The notes: a model not told the origin generated them from the sequence alone. A stretch of DNA of 64,000 nt from an uncultured SAR86 cluster bacterium (GCA_902514765.1 CABXSA010000001.1:13180-77179), one strand, 5' to 3'. Shown: positions 49,923 to 60,632, numbered from the stretch's first letter. Numbers and translations: made by a program.

Positions 49923-50936
49923 TTATAAATCAATTACAAAATCAAACTCATATTTTTCTAAGTTTTCCAAAGAAGTTATAAATAATTGACAATCAACATC
50001 TTGAAGAAGACTTAGTGCTAAGTCCAAATTTTTTTCATCAAGCTCAGAAGGCAAGTCGTCTAGCAAGAAAATTGCTTTGTTTGGTCTAAGATCACTGTAA
50101 GCTTTAATAAAAAATAAATAAATCAATAAAATCAATAGCTTTTGTTCGCCTCTTGATAAAATATTTCCAGAATCTTGATTATTTATTTTAACGCTTAAAT
50201 CAGAAGTTTGTGGGCCTAAAGAAGTAAATCCCCTTGCCTGATCCTTAACATAAGATTCTCTTAACTCCTCTAATAAGTTATTTATCCAGCCTTTATCGTA
50301 AGTAATTGAGATCTCCTTGAACTTATCTTTTAGGTTTTCAGGTAGAGTCAAGGAATCTACAAAAGATGGAAAGCTTTTTAAGAAAGAATCTATAAACTGA
50401 AGCTTTTTTTTGGTTAATTTCTGAGACAAATCAATAAAGACTTTTGTCCAAGATTTAAGCTCAGAAGAAGAGCTTTTTTTCAGTGCTCTATTTCTTTGGG
50501 CGAGGGCTTTTTTAAACTTCAAATGATCTATCTTGTAATCGTGTTCCACGTGAAACATTAAGTAATCTATAAATGACCTTCTATTCTCCTTTGGCGCTTC
50601 CAACAGACTCAAAGAAAAATTATTGAGCACCAAAGGCAAAAAGTCGTTTTGAATATTTCCTGTTTTAGATTTTACAGATGATGATAAATCCTTTGTTAAA
50701 GAAAATTTTTCTCCATTTAAAATCGCGTCTACTTTAAAAAAATTTGATCCAAAATTAATCATTGCATTTGAAGAAGAAGTTCTGAAAGACTTTTTAGAAA
50801 GAATGAAAAAAATAGCCTCTAAAAAAGAAGACTTCCCTGCCCCATTTTTTCCAATAATTAAATTCTTTTTCGAAAGATCAAAGGAAGAGTTTTTAAAAGA
50901 TCTGAAATTGTTTAAATTTATTTTTGATAGAGGCAT
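49923..50936 (-). CDS. recF: DNA replication and repair protein RecF
   Basis: Walker A GKNGAGKSS, signature SRGEQK and Walker B LLDD. Synteny with dnaN-recF-gyrB. Confidence 0.85.
   Translation of the reverse strand: MPLSKINLNNFRSFKNSSFDLSKKNLIIGKNGAGKSSFLEAIFFILSKKSFRTSSSNAMINFGSNFFKVDAILNGEKFSLTKDLSSSVKSKTGNIQNDFLPLVLNNFSLSLLEAPKENRRSFIDYLMFHVEHDYKIDHLKFKKALAQRNRALKKSSSSELKSWTKVFIDLSQKLTKKKLQFIDSFLKSFPSFVDSLTLPENLKDKFKEISITYDKGWINNLLEELRESYVKDQARGFTSLGPQTSDLSVKINNQDSGNILSRGEQKLLILLIYLFFIKAYSDLRPNKAIFLLDDLPSELDEKNLDLALSLLQDVDCQLFITSLENLEKYEFDFVIDL
50542..50557. promoter_or_regulatory. parS centromere-like site inside recF
   Basis: TGTTCCACGTGAAACA is 15/16 to both TGTTTCACGTGAAACA and TGTTCCACGTGGAACA. 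parA and parB lie about 9 kb away. Confidence 0.6.
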
Positions 50937-50940
50937 TTCA

Positions 50941-52041
50941 TCATAACCTCATCGGCATGATTACATGTACTAAATCATCACTAGAAGAATTTTTAACTAA
51001 GCAGGAATTTTCCGAGCCAAAAAAAACAAATTCAATATCATCTCCTGGAAGGTAATTTAAAGATTCTTGAACATAATTTATGTTGAAGCCTATTTCAAAA
51101 TCTTGTCCAGAATAATCTACATCCAACTCTTCTTCTGCGCTTTCTTTGTTTGGATTATTAGCAAGAATTTTTAATTTGTCTTTGCTAAGTTCAAATTTTA
51201 CGCCTCTAAATTTTTCATTAGAAAGAACAGCTGATCTTGATAGTGCCGTAAGAATGGGTGACTTTGAAGTTTCAAGAGATTGCTCCTCCCCAGAAGGAAA
51301 GACTTTTTTATAATCTGGATAAGCTCCTTCAATTAATTTACTTATAAAAGTGAAATTTTCGGATTCTATTTTTAATTGAGAGTTGTTTGAAGAAAAAGAA
51401 AATTCCTCAGGAAATAAATTTAAAATTCTTTGTAACTCTAAAGCTGTAGATCTGGGAATGATTAATTTTTTATCTTCCAAATCTTCAGAATGTGAATAAG
51501 ACCCCCAGGCAAGTCTGTGACCATCAGTAGCAACCATATTTATTTTCTTTTGAGCAGTCTCAAATAATAATCCATTTAAATAATATCTAACATCTGCTGA
51601 TGCCATAGCAAAACTGGTACTTTCAAGGACCTTACCAAACTTATTTCCATCTAAAGCAATATTAAAATTGTGCTCCTCTAAATCCACGAATGGGAAATCC
51701 TGTACAGGCAATACTGCTAAGTCTGCTTGAAAACTTAATGCTGAAATTTCAAGTTGGTTATCGATAACTTCAAAATTTAACTCTGTATTATCTGGCACAG
51801 ATCTAATGAGCTCAAATAGTTTTCTAGCTGATACAGTTGTTTCTCCATCATCCGATATCGAGCAATCCGAAACAATAAGAGATAATTGTCTCTCTAAATC
51901 AGTAGCAACAATAGTTAAGTATCCATTATTAGCCTTTAATAAGACGTTAGAAAGTATTGGAATTGTTTGTCTTTTCTCAGCAATTGACGAACATAATGAA
52001 AGTTTATCCGCCAGATCTTCTTTTTTTGCTGAAAATTTCAT
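50941..52041 (-). CDS. dnaN: DNA polymerase III beta sliding clamp
   Basis: 366 aa, three-domain clamp-like sequence. Ends MPMRL. Synteny. Confidence 0.95.
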   Translation of the reverse strand: MKFSAKKEDLADKLSLCSSIAEKRQTIPILSNVLLKANNGYLTIVATDLERQLSLIVSDCSISDDGETTVSARKLFELIRSVPDNTELNFEVIDNQLEISALSFQADLAVLPVQDFPFVDLEEHNFNIALDGNKFGKVLESTSFAMASADVRYYLNGLLFETAQKKINMVATDGHRLAWGSYSHSEDLEDKKLIIPRSTALELQRILNLFPEEFSFSSNNSQLKIESENFTFISKLIEGAYPDYKKVFPSGEEQSLETSKSPILTALSRSAVLSNEKFRGVKFELSKDKLKILANNPNKESAEEELDVDYSGQDFEIGFNINYVQESLNYLPGDDIEFVFFGSENSCLVKNSSSDDLVHVIMPMRL

Positions 52042-53369
52042 GCTGTCAATGTCCTAATTAGTTTAGTGTAATCTTCAGCTATGTCAGCATCTTCTTCTCT
52101 GAGAGCAGTAATTCGTCTGCATGCGTGTAAAACAGTTGTGTGGTCCCTCCCGCCAAAGGAATCACCTATTTCTGGCAAGCTGTGATTAGTTAATTCTTTT
52201 GACAAACACATGGAAACTTGCCTAGGCCTTGCTAGAGAACGTGTTCTTTTACTAGATAAGAGATCAGAAACTCTTATGTTGTAGTATGCAGAGACAGTTT
52301 TTTGTATGTTTTCTATGCTTATTTGTCTTTGTTGAATAGCAAGTAAATCTTTTAGGGATTCTTTGATCAAATTTATATCAATTTCTCTATTTGTAAATTT
52401 AGCATTAGCGCCTACTCTTCTTAATGCCCCTTCAAGTTCTCTAACATTAGATCTAATTTTTTCTGCAATATAAAAAGCTGAATCTTCAGAAAGGTTTAAT
52501 TCCATTTCTGAAGCTTTAGTAAGCAAAATCGCAACTCTTGTCTCTAATTCAGGCGGCTCAATGCTTACTGGAAGGCCCCATCCAAGCCTGGATTTAAGCC
52601 TCTCTTCTAAACCATCTATTTCCTTGGGATATTTGTCACAAGTTAGGATCATTTGTTGACCGCCTTCAAGAAGTGTATTAAAAGTATGAAAAAGCTCTTC
52701 CTGAGATTGTTCTTTTCCAGCAAAAAATTGAATATCATCAATCAAAAGAGCATCAACAGACCTATAAAAATTCTTAAAATCGTTTATTGACCCTAGTTGT
52801 AAGCATTTGACCATATCGCTTACAAACCTTTCTGAGTGAACATAGACAATGTTATTAGACTTGTCCTGTTCTTTAAGCCTATTCCCAACGGCATGCATGA
52901 GATGAGTCTTCCCTAGTCCAACTCCGCCATATATAAACAGAGGATTATAAGCAGCATTCTCTGACTCTGAAACCTGTTTAGCAGCTGCTAGAGCTATGTT
53001 GTTAGATTTACCTTCAACAAATGTCTCAAAGGTGTAATCATCATTTAGAGTGTTCTCTTTGTTAAGAAAAAGACTTAAATTTTTATTATTTTCCTTACTA
53101 ATCAATGGTTTACGAAAAGATATGAGCTCATAAACGAGCGGCATGTCGGTTAAATCTTCTTTTAATAGGTGTTTTCTAATGATTTCGTCGTAATTTTCCC
53201 TTACATGCTCTTTTATGAAGGCGTTGGGAGCAAGTATAAAAAGATCTTTACTACCTGACGGGGATTTATTTATGGAAAACTCTAGAGGATTAATCCAAGC
53301 ATTAAATTCTTCTTTGGACATCTCCTTCTGAAGCGCTTTTTTACATTTTTTCCAAGATTTGATCATCAT
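52038..53369 (-). CDS. dnaA: chromosomal replication initiator DnaA
   Basis: AAA+ Walker A GGVGLGKTHL and C-terminal HTH (GGRDHTTVLHA). I place the start at ATG 53369 (or 53366, MMIKSWKKC...). The track's TTG at 53402 would read through a DnaA box. Confidence 0.95.
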   Translation of the reverse strand: MMIKSWKKCKKALQKEMSKEEFNAWINPLEFSINKSPSGSKDLFILAPNAFIKEHVRENYDEIIRKHLLKEDLTDMPLVYELISFRKPLISKENNKNLSLFLNKENTLNDDYTFETFVEGKSNNIALAAAKQVSESENAAYNPLFIYGGVGLGKTHLMHAVGNRLKEQDKSNNIVYVHSERFVSDMVKCLQLGSINDFKNFYRSVDALLIDDIQFFAGKEQSQEELFHTFNTLLEGGQQMILTCDKYPKEIDGLEERLKSRLGWGLPVSIEPPELETRVAILLTKASEMELNLSEDSAFYIAEKIRSNVRELEGALRRVGANAKFTNREIDINLIKESLKDLLAIQQRQISIENIQKTVSAYYNIRVSDLLSSKRTRSLARPRQVSMCLSKELTNHSLPEIGDSFGGRDHTTVLHACRRITALREEDADIAEDYTKLIRTLTA

Positions 53370-53392
53370 GACAGATAGAAAGATAATATACC

Positions 53393-53441
53393 TTATACAC
53401 AAAGTTATCCACAGGATATGCTATTAATTATCTGTGGATAA
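53393..53441. promoter_or_regulatory. cluster of three DnaA boxes in the dnaA-rpmH spacer
   Basis: TTATACACA (53393-53401), TTATCCACA (53405-53413) and inverted TGTGGATAA (53433-53441). Followed by a T-rich tract up to 53540. Confidence 0.75.
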
Positions 53442-53540
53442 CCTGTTAGCTTTTAGTTTTTCTTATTATTTTGTATTTATTTTTTCTTGCTTTTATCTTT
53501 TCTATCTATATTATTCCTTTGCTCAAACAAATCTTAATAA

Positions 53541-53675
53541 ATGAAAAGAACTTATCAACCCAGCAAAATTAAAAGAAAAAGAACTCATGGTTTCAGGGAG
53601 AGAAATTCTAGTGTTTCAGGCAAACAGGTTTTAAAAAGCAGAAGAAGCAAGGGAAGAAAGTCTCTTACAGTTTAA
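53541..53675 (+). CDS. rpmH: 50S ribosomal protein L34
   Basis: 44-aa [47 protein letters not shown]. Too short for the ORF track. Confidence 0.92.
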   Translation: MKRTYQPSKIKRKRTHGFRERNSSVSGKQVLKSRRSKGRKSLTV

Positions 53676-53676
53676 A

Positions 53677-54009
53677 TTGTCGTATAAGCCTTTAATAGGA
53701 AAGGACGACTTCGACGAAGTCTTTAGAAATTCCACTCAGAACGAAAGTTCAAAGAATTTTAGAGCTCTGATTTTAATAAACAACGACAGTTTTAAGCTAG
53801 GCATGATTCTTCCTAAAAAAAATATTAAACTTGCGGTTCACAGAAATTATTTAAAGAGAATTATTAGGAATTTATCTATCGATGTCTTTGCTGAATCTAA
53901 AGTATCATTGGTTGTAGTTTCAAAAAAAAGAATTTTAGATTTTAAAAGAGATATATTAAGGAGAGAAATTAAAACTCTGTTTTTGAATTTAACTGAAAGA
54001 ATTGAATGA
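53677..54009 (+). CDS. rnpA: ribonuclease P protein component
   Basis: RNR motif [16 protein letters not shown] start 1 nt after the rpmH stop. Confidence 0.85.
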   Translation: MSYKPLIGKDDFDEVFRNSTQNESSKNFRALILINNDSFKLGMILPKKNIKLAVHRNYLKRIIRNLSIDVFAESKVSLVVVSKKRILDFKRDILRREIKTLFLNLTERIE

Positions 54010-54227
54010 AGAAAATAATTATATATTTAATTAAATTTTATCAGATTACATTAAGCCCATTGTTAGGTTCGAATTGCAGATTTCAACCGACATGCAGTCA
54101 ATACATGATAGAGGCTATTAACCATCATGGCATTCTAAGAGGTTTAAAACTAGGAATAAAAAGGATTTCTAAATGTCATCCCTTGGGCCCTAAAGGATAT
54201 GATCCTGTTCCGGAAAAGGAAGAATAA
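54006..54227 (+). CDS. yidD: membrane protein insertion efficiency factor
   Basis: [22 protein letters not shown] signature. Confidence 0.9.
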   Translation: MKKIIIYLIKFYQITLSPLLGSNCRFQPTCSQYMIEAINHHGILRGLKLGIKRISKCHPLGPKGYDPVPEKEE

Positions 54228-55867
54228 TGGAAAATTTTCAAAGATACTTTCTAATAGCTTGCGTGTTCATTATGAGCTATTTCCTAATTATCAGATGGGA
54301 TCCACCTTCTGAAAATCCATCTATAGTAAATACTAAAGATGAAGTAAGTACTTACTCACCAAAAGAAGACTTTGGTTTTATTGATGAAAGTATACAAAGT
54401 GAATCTGAAAAATTAAGTACAAATTACATATCAACTAGTTGTGCTTCAGACGTCGACTACGATATAGATTCCAACAATTGGAAAATTTCTGTTGACCTAA
54501 CAGATGGTTCTCTAAAAAGAGCTGAATTAAAAAAATATCCAGATGAAATAGGGACAAATAACAACAAGCTAATGTTCGATTCTTGCGGAAGAAATGAATA
54601 CTCACAATTATCTGGATTTGTATTTGAAGATAATGTTAATCAAGATTTTTCTTCCTTCAGGGTTGAAGATATTAAGAGAGGTTCAGATACAAATAGCTAT
54701 GCGTTTGTGAGGGAATCTGCTTCTCTTAAAGAATCAAAGATTATATCTTTTGAGCCCGAAAATTATTTTGTTCGGGTAAAACATATAATTAAAAACTTAT
54801 CTTCAGAAGTTATTAATTCTTCTTCATATTCAAAAATAGAAAGAAACTCTCTTAAGCCTCCTGGAACTGAAGGAGCGTTTTTCGGAGATCCTGCAAACTT
54901 TGCTTACCTTGGGCCTGTTTTTTCTACTGAGTCAGATAATTATCAAAAAGTTAATCTAGGAGAGCTAGAAGAAAACGATTTCAAAGAAAATTCTATTAAA
55001 GGGTGGACTGCATTTTTAGAACACTATTTCCTAACAGCGATTATTCCCGACCAAGAAAATATCAATGTTTTCGTAGGGAAAAAAAATAAAACAAACGAGA
55101 AGTTTTCGGTTGGAGTTGTTGGAAGGCCAATAGAGATTCAGCCGTATGAAGAGACTTCTTTTAGTTATTCACTATATTTTGGTCCAAAAGTTCAGTCAGA
55201 GTTATCCAAAGCCAACCAAGACCTTCCTTTGGCGGTAGATTATGGGTTTTTATATTGGATAGGACAGCCAATGTTTCTGGCTATGCAATTTTTCTTTGAT
55301 ATGGTTGGAAACTGGGGGTGGTCTATTGTTTTGGTTACTTTGCTAATTAAAGTCATTTTATGGCCTTTGTCTTACGTTTCATACAAATCCATGGGCAAAA
55401 TGAGACAAATTCAGCCTCAGCTTAAAGATATTCAAGAGAAACATTCTGGAGATCGCCAAGCTATGTCTCAAGCAATGATGAAGCTTTATAAGGATGAGAA
55501 AGTTAATCCAGCGCTTGGATGTTTGCCAATGTTGCTTCAAATGCCCTTTTTTCTTGCTTTTTACTGGGTTTTAATTGAAACCGTTGAGCTAAGATATGCT
55601 CCTTTTTTGATGTGGATCACCGATTTATCTTCAAGAGACCCGCTTTTTATATTGCCTATTCTCAATATTGGGGCCATGTGGGCTATGCAAATGCTTCAAC
55701 CGCAGCCCGCTGGGATAGACCCAATGCAAGCCAAGATATTTAAGTTCATGCCTTTAATTTTTGGCGTAATGTTTGCTTTTTTTCCTGCGGGCCTAGTTTT
55801 GTATTGGCTTATTAACTCTCTGGTGTCTGCAATACAAATGCTTATGCATTCTCCTAGAAGTGCTTAG
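54227..55867 (+). CDS. yidC: membrane protein insertase YidC
   Basis: N-terminal TM helix, large periplasmic domain and a conserved 5-TM core (PLSYVSYKSMGKM, GCLPMLLQMPFF). Confidence 0.95.
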   Translation: MENFQRYFLIACVFIMSYFLIIRWDPPSENPSIVNTKDEVSTYSPKEDFGFIDESIQSESEKLSTNYISTSCASDVDYDIDSNNWKISVDLTDGSLKRAELKKYPDEIGTNNNKLMFDSCGRNEYSQLSGFVFEDNVNQDFSSFRVEDIKRGSDTNSYAFVRESASLKESKIISFEPENYFVRVKHIIKNLSSEVINSSSYSKIERNSLKPPGTEGAFFGDPANFAYLGPVFSTESDNYQKVNLGELEENDFKENSIKGWTAFLEHYFLTAIIPDQENINVFVGKKNKTNEKFSVGVVGRPIEIQPYEETSFSYSLYFGPKVQSELSKANQDLPLAVDYGFLYWIGQPMFLAMQFFFDMVGNWGWSIVLVTLLIKVILWPLSYVSYKSMGKMRQIQPQLKDIQEKHSGDRQAMSQAMMKLYKDEKVNPALGCLPMLLQMPFFLAFYWVLIETVELRYAPFLMWITDLSSRDPLFILPILNIGAMWAMQMLQPQPAGIDPMQAKIFKFMPLIFGVMFAFFPAGLVLYWLINSLVSAIQMLMHSPRSA

Positions 55868-57161
55868 TGGAAAAGATACTATAGTAGCTTGTTCATCTCC
55901 GCCCGGAAGAGGAGCCATTTCTACAATAAGGCTTTCTGGCAACAATGCCCTTTCAATTATACAAAAAATTACAAAAAACAAGCTTAAAAAACAGATATCT
56001 GTAGTTAAATTTCCCTTAGATGCTGATTTAATTGAGAAGTGTGTACTTACTATCTTTAGATCTCCTAACTCTTACACCGGGGAAGATCTTGTAGAAATTT
56101 CAACACATGGAAACCCTTATATTGTGGAAAAAGTAATCAATAAGTGCCTAAAATCTGGGGCAAAAATAGCTAAACCAGGCGAATTTACTTTAAGGGCTTT
56201 TTTAAATAACAAACTTTCTCTTGACCAATCTGAGGCTGTGATAGAAATTATAAATGCAAATTCAAAGGCTTCTCTTAGGGCAGCACAGAACAGCCTGGAT
56301 GGCGGATTAAAGGCAAAAATATCAAAGATTCAAAACAGGTTAAGAGAAGCTAGGGTGCTAGTAGAAACACTAATTGACTTTGTAGATGAAGATATAAATA
56401 TTTATATCGAAGAAGTTGCACTGAAGATTGATGAATTTAAGAGTTTTTTTACGATTTTCAATGAGGATATGATAGCATATAGCTCAATTTCCAGTGATGT
56501 TAAGGTTGTTGTTATAGGGCCCCCAAACTCAGGAAAATCCACTCTAATTAACGCTATAATCGGTAAAAAAGTATCTATTGTTAACGAAAAACAAGGAACT
56601 ACTAGAGATGTAGTTACTTCTTCTTGTTTGATTGATGGAATAAGATTTGTTTTCAATGATACTGCCGGCATTAGAAAAACTTCAGACAAAATTGAAGAAG
56701 AAGGTATCAAATTATCAAAAAAAGCACTTAAGAAGGCTGATGTGGTGATTTACTTGGCTGATAATGAAAGTGACTTTAATAAATTACCTATTATAAAAAG
56801 TAAGAAAAACATTTTTGTACTTAATAAGATTGATCTTTGTAAAAAGAAAGCGCCGCGAGGAGGGTTTGCTATTTCTGCGAAAACTAAAAAAAACCTTAAA
56901 CTTCTAAAAAAGGCTCTTGCACAAAATTTTTTGAAACTAAACCAAGAAGAACTGTTATCAGTAAACATTAGACATTTAGATTTAATTAAGAAAGCGCGCA
57001 AGAATATAGCTTTAATTACTCCTGCCCTGATTAGTTCTAATTTAGAACTAGTAGCTGAAAATTTAAGGAACTGTGATGAGCTTTTGGGGGAAATTTATGA
57101 TCCAATTTCCTCTGATGACATGCTGGGAAAGATCTTCAATAAATTTTGTATTGGAAAATAA
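55860..57161 (+). CDS. mnmE: tRNA modification GTPase MnmE
   Basis: DTIVACSSPPGRGAIS, G1 GPPNSGKST and C-terminal FCIGK. GTG start. Confidence 0.95.
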   Translation: MLSGKDTIVACSSPPGRGAISTIRLSGNNALSIIQKITKNKLKKQISVVKFPLDADLIEKCVLTIFRSPNSYTGEDLVEISTHGNPYIVEKVINKCLKSGAKIAKPGEFTLRAFLNNKLSLDQSEAVIEIINANSKASLRAAQNSLDGGLKAKISKIQNRLREARVLVETLIDFVDEDINIYIEEVALKIDEFKSFFTIFNEDMIAYSSISSDVKVVVIGPPNSGKSTLINAIIGKKVSIVNEKQGTTRDVVTSSCLIDGIRFVFNDTAGIRKTSDKIEEEGIKLSKKALKKADVVIYLADNESDFNKLPIIKSKKNIFVLNKIDLCKKKAPRGGFAISAKTKKNLKLLKKALAQNFLKLNQEELLSVNIRHLDLIKKARKNIALITPALISSNLELVAENLRNCDELLGEIYDPISSDDMLGKIFNKFCIGK

Positions 57162-57397
57162 TGTTGTTGATAAGAATGTATAAATTGTTAAAAAGTTTGT
57201 GATTAAATTTTGGGCTAGTCTTTACTCACAGGTAATACACCTTTATTCTCAAATTGTATACAAGCTATCTAGATAGATGTCATTAGCTACGCTGCTTTTA
57301 GTCCCTCACATAATCCAGTTATCAACAGAATTCTAGATGCTCTATAACAATAACAATATAAACTAATTAATATAAATAATTTATATAATATTTATTA

Positions 57398-59251
57398 ATG
57401 AATGTGGATATCATCGTAATTGGTGGAGGGCATGCTGGATGTGAGGCTGCTTATGCTGCCTCTAGATTTAAAAAAGAAGTCTTGCTCGTCACTCATGATG
57501 TTTCTGCAATAGGGCAGATGTCGTGCAATCCTGCAATTGGAGGTTTAGGCAAAAGCCATCTTGTTAGAGAAATAGACGCTATGGGCGGTCTTATGGGAGC
57601 TTGTGCAGATAAGGCGGGTATTCATTTCAAAGTCTTAAATGCTTCTAAGGGACCAGCCGTTAGAGCTACAAGATCTCAGTCAGACAGGGTTTTGTATAGT
57701 CAATCAGTAAAGTCTTTAATTGATAGTAAGGACTTACTTACATCAATATCTGAAGAAGTTGTTGATATCGTAGTCATAGGGAATAAGGCCACTGGAGTAA
57801 AGTTAAAAAACGGAGAAATTATAAACGCAAAGAAAATAATTTTAACTGCTGGAACTTTTCTTAACGGCAAACTGTTCACTGGAGAAGAGGAAGAAGAAGG
57901 CGGAAGAAAGGAATCAAAATCGTCTAAGATACTAGCAAACTGTCTGAGGTCTTTAGATCTCGGAGACGCAAGACTAAAAACAGGCACTCCTCCCAGAATA
58001 CTCTCATCTTCAATAGATTTTTCAGCCCTGGAAGTTCAACCTGGAGATTCGCCAAGACCGTGCATGTCCTTCATAGGCTCGCCCGATATGCACCCGAAAC
58101 AAATGAACTGCTTCATCACACGAACCAACAAAAAAACACATGATTTTATAAGATCTGGACTTGATAGATCTCCAATGTTTTCAGGAAGAATTGATGGCGT
58201 AGGACCAAGATATTGTCCTTCAATTGAAGACAAGATCCATAGATTTGCTGACAAAGAATCGCACCAGATATTTATTGAGCCTGAAGGACTTACATCTAAT
58301 GAAGTTTATCCAAACGGTATATCAACAAGCATGCCGAGAGATATTCAAGAGAAAATGGTTAAAAGCATTTTAGGCTTTGAAAGGGCTAAAATCAGCCAAT
58401 TTGGATATGCCGTTGAATATGATTTTTTTGATCCAAGAAACCTTTCTCAAACCTTAGAGACGAAGAATATCGAGAATCTTTACTTTGCTGGACAAATAAA
58501 CGGCACAACTGGTTATGAAGAGGCAGCTGCGCAAGGTTTAGTGGCCGGAATAAACGCAGCGCTGAGTCTAGACGAAAAAGATCCTTGGATAGAGTCAAGG
58601 AGCAATAGTTACATAGGAGTATTGATAGATGATCTTATAACCCTAGGCACAAAAGAACCTTACAGGATGTTCACAAGCAGAGCAGAGCACAGGCTGCTTC
58701 TTAGGGAAGACAATGCCGACCAAAGAATGACGCCTTGTGCACATGCGTTGGGAATTATAAGTAACAAAAGGTGGGATATTTTTCAAAAGAAAATGAACAA
58801 GATAGACGTAGAAACACAAGCGCTTGAGAAAATAAAAATTGACCCTTCCTCATTCGGAGGAAAAAACAAATCAAAACAACCTGTTCTTTCCATTTTGAAG
58901 AGGCCAGAAGCAAAGCTAGAAGATATTTACAACCTGATAGAAAGACCTCTTCCAGAAAAAGGCGTACTTTTAGATATTGAGACTACAAAAAAATATGCTG
59001 GATATATTGAAAGACAAAATAAAGAAATAAAAAAAATAAAAAAATACGAAAACGCAAAAATTCCAAAAGAAATTATTTTTTCAGAAATAACAGGATTGTC
59101 TAATGAGGTAAAGCAAAAGCTGGAAAAGGTTTTGCCTAAAACCATAGCTCATGCTCAACGAATCCCTGGGATAACTCCTGCTGCGATTTCTCTATTACTA
59201 GTTCATATCAAAAAAGAAAAAAGCCCTCTCACAGAAAAAATTGGATCTTAA
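57398..59251 (+). CDS. mnmG: tRNA uridine 5-carboxymethylaminomethyl modification enzyme MnmG
   Basis: FAD motif [12 protein letters not shown]. GidA signatures throughout. Confidence 0.97.
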   Translation: MNVDIIVIGGGHAGCEAAYAASRFKKEVLLVTHDVSAIGQMSCNPAIGGLGKSHLVREIDAMGGLMGACADKAGIHFKVLNASKGPAVRATRSQSDRVLYSQSVKSLIDSKDLLTSISEEVVDIVVIGNKATGVKLKNGEIINAKKIILTAGTFLNGKLFTGEEEEEGGRKESKSSKILANCLRSLDLGDARLKTGTPPRILSSSIDFSALEVQPGDSPRPCMSFIGSPDMHPKQMNCFITRTNKKTHDFIRSGLDRSPMFSGRIDGVGPRYCPSIEDKIHRFADKESHQIFIEPEGLTSNEVYPNGISTSMPRDIQEKMVKSILGFERAKISQFGYAVEYDFFDPRNLSQTLETKNIENLYFAGQINGTTGYEEAAAQGLVAGINAALSLDEKDPWIESRSNSYIGVLIDDLITLGTKEPYRMFTSRAEHRLLLREDNADQRMTPCAHALGIISNKRWDIFQKKMNKIDVETQALEKIKIDPSSFGGKNKSKQPVLSILKRPEAKLEDIYNLIERPLPEKGVLLDIETTKKYAGYIERQNKEIKKIKKYENAKIPKEIIFSEITGLSNEVKQKLEKVLPKTIAHAQRIPGITPAAISLLLVHIKKEKSPLTEKIGS

Positions 59252-59837
59252 AAAATTGTTAGGTGCAACCAGCCTAAATCTATCTGAAACCCAAATCAGT
59301 CAGGCTGATAAATATATAAATCAAATTTTGAAATGGAATAGAACACGAAACTTAGTTTCTAGAAGCTTGAGAAAGAAGGACTTAGCAGAACATTTTTTAG
59401 ACTGCGCTCTTTTACAGAAACACCTTTTGCCTGGAGCGGTGATTGACTTGGGCTCAGGATCAGGCTTTCCAGGAATTTGTCTTGGAATCATAGACCCCGA
59501 CAGAGAGTTAACCTTAGTAGACTCAAATAGAAAAAAAACATCTTTTTTAATACATGTAAAAAACGAGCTTGGGCTAAATCTAGTATCAGTAAAGAACGTA
59601 AGGCTGGAGGATATAAACCAAATAAATGAAACAAATATAGTTTGCAGAGCATTCAAAGAACCGGCTGATCTTTTAAAAAGCTTAGAGAACAAGATCTCAA
59701 AGAAGAACAAAATAATTTTAATGGTTTCTGAGAAGGGAACCATATTCGCCCCTGGTTTTAATATTGGATATAAAGAGTCAGAAGCATCTAAAATTCTTGA
59801 AAAAAAAAGAGGTTTCTTGGAAATTCAGATGTCCTAA
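59241..59837 (+). CDS. rsmG: 16S rRNA m7G527 methyltransferase RsmG
   Basis: SAM motif [10 protein letters not shown] and KWN..NL N-terminus. TTG start overlapping the mnmG end. Confidence 0.85.
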   Translation: MDLKKLLGATSLNLSETQISQADKYINQILKWNRTRNLVSRSLRKKDLAEHFLDCALLQKHLLPGAVIDLGSGSGFPGICLGIIDPDRELTLVDSNRKKTSFLIHVKNELGLNLVSVKNVRLEDINQINETNIVCRAFKEPADLLKSLENKISKKNKIILMVSEKGTIFAPGFNIGYKESEASKILEKKRGFLEIQMS

Positions 59838-59855
59838 AACTGCTATAGTAAGCTT

Positions 59856-60632
59856 GTGAAAATTCTTGTTGTGGCAAACCTTAAAGGCGGCGTAGGAAAA
59901 ACAACTACAACTTTAAATCTGGCTGCAAGCTTGGCAGCTGCAGGCAGAAAAATTCTCTTATTAGACATAGATTCACAAGCCAACCTAACCACCGGGCTCG
60001 GCGGAAAGAAAACATACGAAGAAACCACCGTCACCGACGCGCTGCTTGACGACGCTTCATTAGAAAGCCTAATTCAAAGAAAGCCTGATTTTAATTTTGA
60101 CGTAATTCCAGGCAGCCCAGACCTGATATCTGCAGAGCTAGAAATGGCAAGGGTTCCCGACCCAACTTCAATTTTGAAAGGAAAACTGAACTTATTGGCG
60201 CACAAATATGATTATTGCTTAATAGATAGCCCGCCATCACTGGGCATGTTGTCTGTTAGTGCTTTAAGAGCAGCGGATAAAATAATCATTCCGCTGCAAT
60301 GCGAGCACTTTTCAATTGAGGGCTTGGCTGCAATGCAGAGGACAATAACCGAAATAAATGAAGCTACGGGCAGCAACCTAAAGATTGATGGAATCTTAAG
60401 AACCATGTTTGATCAAGAAAAAGAAAGGGCTAGAGAAATATCTGAAAAGCTGGAAAAGTCTCTTTCTCAGCAGGTATTCAGCACCATTATCCCTAGATGT
60501 GACCTGCTTGCAGAAGCCCCATCTGAAGGAAAGCCAATTATGTACATTGATCCAGACGCCAAAGGAACCCTCGCTTACTTTGCGCTTGCTGGCGAGATAA
60601 TAATGAAGTTCGAGGATAAAAATGTCGCCTGA
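59856..60632 (+). CDS. parA: chromosome partitioning ATPase ParA (Soj)
   Basis: Deviant Walker A KGGVGKTT. GTG start. Confidence 0.9.
   Translation: MKILVVANLKGGVGKTTTTLNLAASLAAAGRKILLLDIDSQANLTTGLGGKKTYEETTVTDALLDDASLESLIQRKPDFNFDVIPGSPDLISAELEMARVPDPTSILKGKLNLLAHKYDYCLIDSPPSLGMLSVSALRAADKIIIPLQCEHFSIEGLAAMQRTITEINEATGSNLKIDGILRTMFDQEKERAREISEKLEKSLSQQVFSTIIPRCDLLAEAPSEGKPIMYIDPDAKGTLAYFALAGEIIMKFEDKNVA

Noticed and set aside
53370-53402. The ORF-track N-terminal extension of DnaA (MCIRYIIFLSV, TTG start at 53402).
   Set aside because: The extension is read from a TTG that overlaps the TTATACACA DnaA box. The sequence MMIKSWKKC... from the ATG at 53369/53366 fits normal DnaA N-termini.
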